Assembly (NCBI GenBank): GCA_022574315.1
Contig: JACZSH010000001.1
Span: 1 to 37,621 of the forward strand
Reading direction: 5' to 3'
Origin: Chloroflexota bacterium
GTDB lineage: Bacteria; Chloroflexota; Dehalococcoidia; Dehalococcoidales; RBG-16-60-22
DNA length: 37,621 nucleotides
Shown here: positions 33,566-37,621 of the stretch, piece by piece
Position numbering within the stretch: the first letter of the stretch is position 1
How the letters are laid out: every line of letters begins with the position of its first letter
The notes under the pieces: generated by a model
The model's database searches: none
What the model was told of the DNA's origin: nothing
Seen by the model: the letters and a program-made list of their open reading frames with translations, nothing else
Program-made: the position numbers and the translations under genes

Positions 33566-34936
33566 ATGAAATCTGACGATGTGGAAAAATTGGTCGCTAC
33601 GGCAAAAAAGTATTTGTGGCCGGCATTTGCCCGGGACGCCTCCTTCTTCGGCCGTCCGGTATCTATCATTAAGTCCGCTGAGGGACGTTATTTTCTGGAC
33701 AGCTTTGGCAACCGGTTGCTTGAACCTAACTCGTCCGGTGGCGCGGCTCCCCTCGGCTATAACCTCCCCGAGCTTATGCAGGCCGTCTCCGAGCAAATGA
33801 GCCTGATTATCAACACCACCCCCAGCCTCTTTGCCCCCACCGAGCCCATCGTCTGGCTCGCCGAGAAGATTGCCCATATTTCGCCGGGTAATCTGACATA
33901 CACCATCTTTGGCAGCAATGGCACGGACGCTAACGAGGCGGCGGTGAAAATAGCCCGCCATTACTGGAAAATAATGGGCAAAGCTACCAAGTACAAGGTG
34001 CTTCACCGCTACCCGGGAGACTATCACGGCTTCAGTCTCGGCATGTCCAGTGCCAGCGGTCATTCTTTCCGGCGGACGGCCTTTGAACCGCTCATGGCCG
34101 GTTTTGTCGCTTTTCACGCCCCTAACTGTTATCGCTGTCCGTATAACCTGACCCATCCGGAGTGTGACCTGCTCTGTGCGGAAGAGTTCCGCAAAGTGGT
34201 TGAGTTTGAAGACCCGTCCACCATTGCCGCCCTCATCAGTGAAAACACCAATACCGGTCTGGGGATGGTGCTGCCGCCCCCCGGCTACATGCAGAGAATG
34301 CGCGAGATTTGTGACCGGTATGAAATCCTCATGATTCTGGATGAGATAATTACCGGTTTTGGCAAGACCGGCGTCTGGTTTGAATGTGAAAAGTATGATA
34401 TCGTCCCGGACATGATTGCCATGGGAAAAGGCATCGTCTGGGGCTGCGGCCCTCTGGCGGGGACGCTGGTCAGGGGTGACATTACCGAGGTATTTACCGG
34501 CGCCAATGCCTTGCAGCACGGTTTTACTTTTGGCGGCCTGGGTTACCTGGCCGCCGCCGGTCTCGCCGGTATCAAATACGTCGAAGAACATAATCTGCTG
34601 GCCCGGGCGTCTCAGATAGGTGACATAATGTCACGGGAGCTCGGTGCCATTAAGGACCGCTCAAAGATTATCGGTGACGTCCGTGTCAACGGCGTCCTCG
34701 CTGGCGTCGAGTTTGTCCGCGACAAGAGCACTAAAGAGCTTTTCGTCGACCGTGCCGCCGTGTCCAACCTCATCGTCAAGGTGGGCATGGAAAACGGTGT
34801 CCTGCTGCCCTGTTCCACCTGGTATGGAGATATCCTGATGTTGATGGTGCCGATGACCATGACCGATGACGAGTTGGGTATGCTCTTTAACGCCATCGAA
34901 AAGGCGACTGCCGAAGTAGAACGTCAGTTCCTTTAG
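33566..34936 (+). CDS. Class-III (omega-) aminotransferase, divergent paralogue C
   Basis: GSNGTDANE, ILDEIITGFGKTGVWFE, IAMGKGI (PLP Lys). ATG at 33566 has GGAG 6 nt upstream; ATG at 33554 is the alternative start. Confidence 0.85.
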   Translation: MKSDDVEKLVATAKKYLWPAFARDASFFGRPVSIIKSAEGRYFLDSFGNRLLEPNSSGGAAPLGYNLPELMQAVSEQMSLIINTTPSLFAPTEPIVWLAEKIAHISPGNLTYTIFGSNGTDANEAAVKIARHYWKIMGKATKYKVLHRYPGDYHGFSLGMSSASGHSFRRTAFEPLMAGFVAFHAPNCYRCPYNLTHPECDLLCAEEFRKVVEFEDPSTIAALISENTNTGLGMVLPPPGYMQRMREICDRYEILMILDEIITGFGKTGVWFECEKYDIVPDMIAMGKGIVWGCGPLAGTLVRGDITEVFTGANALQHGFTFGGLGYLAAAGLAGIKYVEEHNLLARASQIGDIMSRELGAIKDRSKIIGDVRVNGVLAGVEFVRDKSTKELFVDRAAVSNLIVKVGMENGVLLPCSTWYGDILMLMVPMTMTDDELGMLFNAIEKATAEVERQFL

Positions 34937-34946
34937 GCAGCACTGT

Positions 34947-34978
34947 CCTTGAAAGTGATGGCGGGTAAAAGTTAAAGG
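34947..34978 (+). repeat. Orphan remnant of the corrinoid-protein gene 3' end (CCTTGAAAGTGATGGCGGGTAAAAGTTAAAGG)
   Basis: Matches 29672-29703 (the last codons ...LKVMAGKS-stop of the corrinoid gene plus RBS start) with a single mismatch, but here it follows an aminotransferase gene. Confidence 0.8.
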
Positions 34979-34998
34979 GTTCGAGGAGAGATATAAAA

Positions 34999-36384
34999 AT
35001 GCTTAGTTTTGCGGCGGTAGTTGACCGCGCCTTAAGCGGGCCGATATGCACCGAGCGCGATTTTGAGTTGGGGATTTTTGTGCCCAACCTGCGCCGGGTA
35101 GTTGAGAAATACGGGATAAAGTATGACCCCCAGAATCCGGTCTCCGCTGATGATGACCTGGCCGACCGGGTATGGGAGGCAGGACTGGAGTTCCTCGCCG
35201 AGACGGGTGTTTACTGCACGGATACCGAGCGGCGGATTACGTTTACCCGGGAAGAAATCGACGGCGCCCTGGCGACGGCGCCTCGCCCGGTTCTTTTCGG
35301 CGATGGGAAAGATGTTAGAGCCGTACCCATCCGCCGCCCTGAAGACAAGACCCCGCCTTGGTGTTCTGGTTCCGGTGCCGGCCCGGTATCCACGGAACAG
35401 ATTCTTTTCAACGTGGTAAAACTGTATGCCCAGGACCCCCTCAGCGATGGTATTACCGCCCCCGCCATGTCCTACGTCGGTGGACGGGACATTATTGCCG
35501 GTAGCCCCCGCGGCCTGGAAGGCGCCATCCGCACCATTCTTTTAACCCGTGAGGCGCTGCGCCGTGCCGGACGTCCCGGCATGCCCGTCGTCAACGAGGT
35601 CGCCACTGCGGTGCGGGCGCAGGAGCATATCGCCGGACACCGCTTCGGCAGCGTGAAGACCGATTACCTGGAAATAGGCACCACCCACGAGTTGAAAGTT
35701 GATTTTGACGCGCTGAACCGGGTGGCCTACTGGCTGGCCGCCGGGAGCTACGGCTTTGCCGAAAACGGCGTTATCCTGGGTGGTCTTTCCGGTGGGCCCG
35801 CCGGTGTGGCGGTGGTTATCGCCGCCTATAATCCGTTGGACATGCTCGTCCTGCGCGGTGCGGTGCAGCACCCCTTTGCCGTTCCTTTTGAGGGAGGCAC
35901 CACCTCCAACCGTGGTTGCATGTGGGCACGGAATTTGGCCACGCAGGCAATAACCCGCCACAGTCCTATGCCGCTGGTTAACTCCGGTTATTCTGCTGCC
36001 GGGGCAATGACCCGGATGGCCTATTATGAATTTGCCGCCTGGGTTATCGGCTGCGTCGTCTCCGGGGCTTCCGTTGAGCTGGGCCCGCCGTTACGGGGCA
36101 CCGCCCTCGACCACAGTGCCCCCCTGGAGGATATTTTCGGAAACGCGGTCGCCCACGCCGCGGTGGGCCTGAGCCGCCGGGAAGCCAACAAGATACTCCA
36201 GGCGCTCCTGGAAGAATATGAAGCCAAGCTGGCTGACCCTCCGCTGGGCAAGAGATATCAGGAATGCTACGACCTGGCTACCGGTGAGCCGACTAAAGAA
36301 GCCGTTGACCTCTGCCGGGATGTCAGGCGGGAGATGTCTGACCGGTTCGGTCTGAAGTTCCCCCGTGTCTCGCCGTACCTGTAG
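34999..36384 (+). CDS. Monomethylamine methyltransferase MtmB-family homologue, pyrrolysine-free (copy 2)
   Basis: 461-aa uninterrupted ORF with the same family landmarks (GVYCTDTERRITFTREEI, AGRPGMPVVNE, PLGKRYQECYDL). About two thirds identical to copy 1 by eye. Confidence 0.8.
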   Translation: MLSFAAVVDRALSGPICTERDFELGIFVPNLRRVVEKYGIKYDPQNPVSADDDLADRVWEAGLEFLAETGVYCTDTERRITFTREEIDGALATAPRPVLFGDGKDVRAVPIRRPEDKTPPWCSGSGAGPVSTEQILFNVVKLYAQDPLSDGITAPAMSYVGGRDIIAGSPRGLEGAIRTILLTREALRRAGRPGMPVVNEVATAVRAQEHIAGHRFGSVKTDYLEIGTTHELKVDFDALNRVAYWLAAGSYGFAENGVILGGLSGGPAGVAVVIAAYNPLDMLVLRGAVQHPFAVPFEGGTTSNRGCMWARNLATQAITRHSPMPLVNSGYSAAGAMTRMAYYEFAAWVIGCVVSGASVELGPPLRGTALDHSAPLEDIFGNAVAHAAVGLSRREANKILQALLEEYEAKLADPPLGKRYQECYDLATGEPTKEAVDLCRDVRREMSDRFGLKFPRVSPYL

Positions 36385-36564
36385 GCTTGGTAACAGGGCG
36401 CTTACCGTTGTAATTCTCGCGCCCCGGTCCCATCCGCGGATTTACCGGCCAGGTCTGAACATCTAACTGGCAATGAGGTCTGCCCTGCCTTTTGTGATAG
36501 AATATCTTCATCATCAGGGAAAATCAGCAATCCATGGCTGTTCAACAGGGAGAATAAAACATCA

Positions 36565-37621
36565 ATGCACCCCTCGGATAAAAACAGACTGTTTTACGGT
36601 TGGGTGATTGTTATCGCCTTTTTCGTAATATGTTTTGTTCTCTACGGCGTCCAGTTTTCCTTCGGGGTCTTCTTCAAGTCAATCGAAAGCGAGTTCCAGC
36701 TCTCCCGGGCGGCTACCTCGTCAATTGTGTCTGTTAATATGGTATTGGTCGGCATCAGCGCTTTTATTGCCGGTTGGGCACTGGACAGGTTCGGGCCCCG
36801 CATCGTCCTCTTTATAATGGGCCTCTTCACCGGCCTCAGCCTTATCCTTACCGGCCAGACCGGTTCCCTGTGGCAGCTTTATTTCACCTATAGCCTCTTG
36901 CTGGCCATGGGTACCGGGGCTGTCTTCGTCGTCTCGGTGTCGACGGTCGCCCGCTGGTTTGACCGCCGGCGCGGCCTGGCGATGGGTATTACCGGTTCTG
37001 GCATTGGCTTTGGCCCTTTGATTATCGCCCCACTGGCTACCTACCTCGTGGCCGCCCTCGATTGGCGGCTGGCTTATGTCATTCTCGGCATCGGTGCCTG
37101 GGTGCTTGTCCTTCCTTTCTCCTTTTTCCTGAAAGGCGACCCGTCTCAGGTTGGCGCTTTGCCTGATGGCGCCCGGGAGCCGGCATTGGATACCGGACAA
37201 AATCACGCCCGGGCGGGCTATCTCTCTTTGCTGCAGGCCGTCCGGGTGCGTAGTTTCTGGCTTTGTCAGGGTATCTGGGTGTTTCATGCCGCTAACATCT
37301 TTCTCATCATGACCCACCTGGTGCCCCATGTTACCGATATCGGCTTCTCGGCGATGGAGGCCGCCATCGTGCTCAGCGTGATTGGGGTTGCCTCAACCTT
37401 CGGCCGGGTAATCATGGGCGTTGTTAGTGACCGGGTGGGCGGAAAATTGACCATTATCCTTTGCGGTCTTTTTCAGAGCAGTGCCACCATCTCGCTCATC
37501 TGGGTGCAGGACCTGCCGGCGTTTTATCTTTTTGCCGTCGCCTGGGGAATTGCTTTCGGCGGTATGGCTCCCGCCATGGGGACTCTCGCCAGTAGCACCT
37601 TTGTCCTGGGGCGTATCGGCT
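36565..37621 (+). CDS. MFS transporter (oxalate/formate-antiporter-like subfamily), 3' end beyond the window
   Basis: My own translation from the ATG at 36565 stays open to the window end. It shows repeated TM segments and MFS motifs (GWALDRFGPRIV; ARWFDRRRGLAMGI; VVSDRVGGK). It is not in the ORF track because no stop is reached. Confidence 0.8.
   Translation, partial: MHPSDKNRLFYGWVIVIAFFVICFVLYGVQFSFGVFFKSIESEFQLSRAATSSIVSVNMVLVGISAFIAGWALDRFGPRIVLFIMGLFTGLSLILTGQTGSLWQLYFTYSLLLAMGTGAVFVVSVSTVARWFDRRRGLAMGITGSGIGFGPLIIAPLATYLVAALDWRLAYVILGIGAWVLVLPFSFFLKGDPSQVGALPDGAREPALDTGQNHARAGYLSLLQAVRVRSFWLCQGIWVFHAANIFLIMTHLVPHVTDIGFSAMEAAIVLSVIGVASTFGRVIMGVVSDRVGGKLTIILCGLFQSSATISLIWVQDLPAFYLFAVAWGIAFGGMAPAMGTLASSTFVLGRIG

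Noticed and set aside
33446-34591. 381-aa ORF on the minus strand
   Set aside because: It lies entirely antisense to the well-supported class-III aminotransferase C. Its composition is Gly/Arg/Ala-rich with no recognisable motif, typical of a shadow ORF in GC-rich coding DNA.
27376-34936. Conserved CYRCPY-x(5-7)-C-x3-C motif in all three aminotransferases as a novel metal or Fe-S site
   Set aside because: As far as I recall, this Cys pattern is a common trait of one class-III aminotransferase subfamily. It is not evidence of novelty without structural data.
29753-36384. In-frame UAG (pyrrolysine) recoding in the MtmB-like genes
   Set aside because: Both ORFs are uninterrupted over the full MtmB-like length, and the expected position carries sense codons. 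No pylT-like or pylSBCD genes are in the window.
1-37621. Mobile element, prophage or defence island
   Set aside because: I recognised no integrase, transposase, terminal inverted repeats, tRNA attachment site or defence-system signature genes in any frame. The duplications in block 4 look like local segmental events.

Overview
Moderately GC-rich bacterial chromosomal segment. It has Shine-Dalgarno sites, TTGACA/TAnnnT-type promoters and many 4-nt ATGA/GTGA gene overlaps. I saw no rRNA, tRNA, CRISPR array, transposase or integrase. There are four blocks. (1) 1-8386, minus strand: one long tetrapyrrole operon for the siroheme-dependent alternative haem (Ahb) route, made of an HTH regulator, two NirJ-like radical SAM enzymes (ahbC/ahbD), fused ahbAB, sirC, hemA, hemC, cobA-hemD and the start of hemB. 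(2) 8.7-17.3 kb, plus strand: an assimilatory sulfur/Cys/Met block behind an Rrf2 regulator. It holds a ThiF-type E1, CysK, a small DsrAB/AsrC-like siroheme sulfite reductase, Fe-S type APS/PAPS reductase, a CysM-like enzyme fused to a TusA domain, DUF2061, a Cys/Met-metabolism PLP enzyme, a ThrC-like enzyme and a stand-alone NIL-domain protein. (3) 17.4-25.9 kb: a multihaem cytochrome c gene broken over five reading frames, then a variant System I cytochrome c maturation operon (ccmE with Cys instead of His, ccmF, atypical ccmH, ccmI-like, an unknown secreted protein, ccmABCD), then a truncated histidine kinase. (4) 26.0-37.6 kb, the most unusual part: a cobalamin-binding corrinoid protein and two full-length pyrrolysine-free homologues of monomethylamine methyltransferase MtmB. 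Each MtmB homologue sits next to a class-III aminotransferase (three in total). The block also has a LarA-type racemase, an AsnC/Lrp regulator and an MFS transporter, and shows clear traces of segmental duplication and gene conversion. I read block 4 as a candidate undescribed corrinoid-dependent N-demethylation/transamination pathway. All functional calls rest on motifs I recognise by eye and recalled family sequences. No database search was run.
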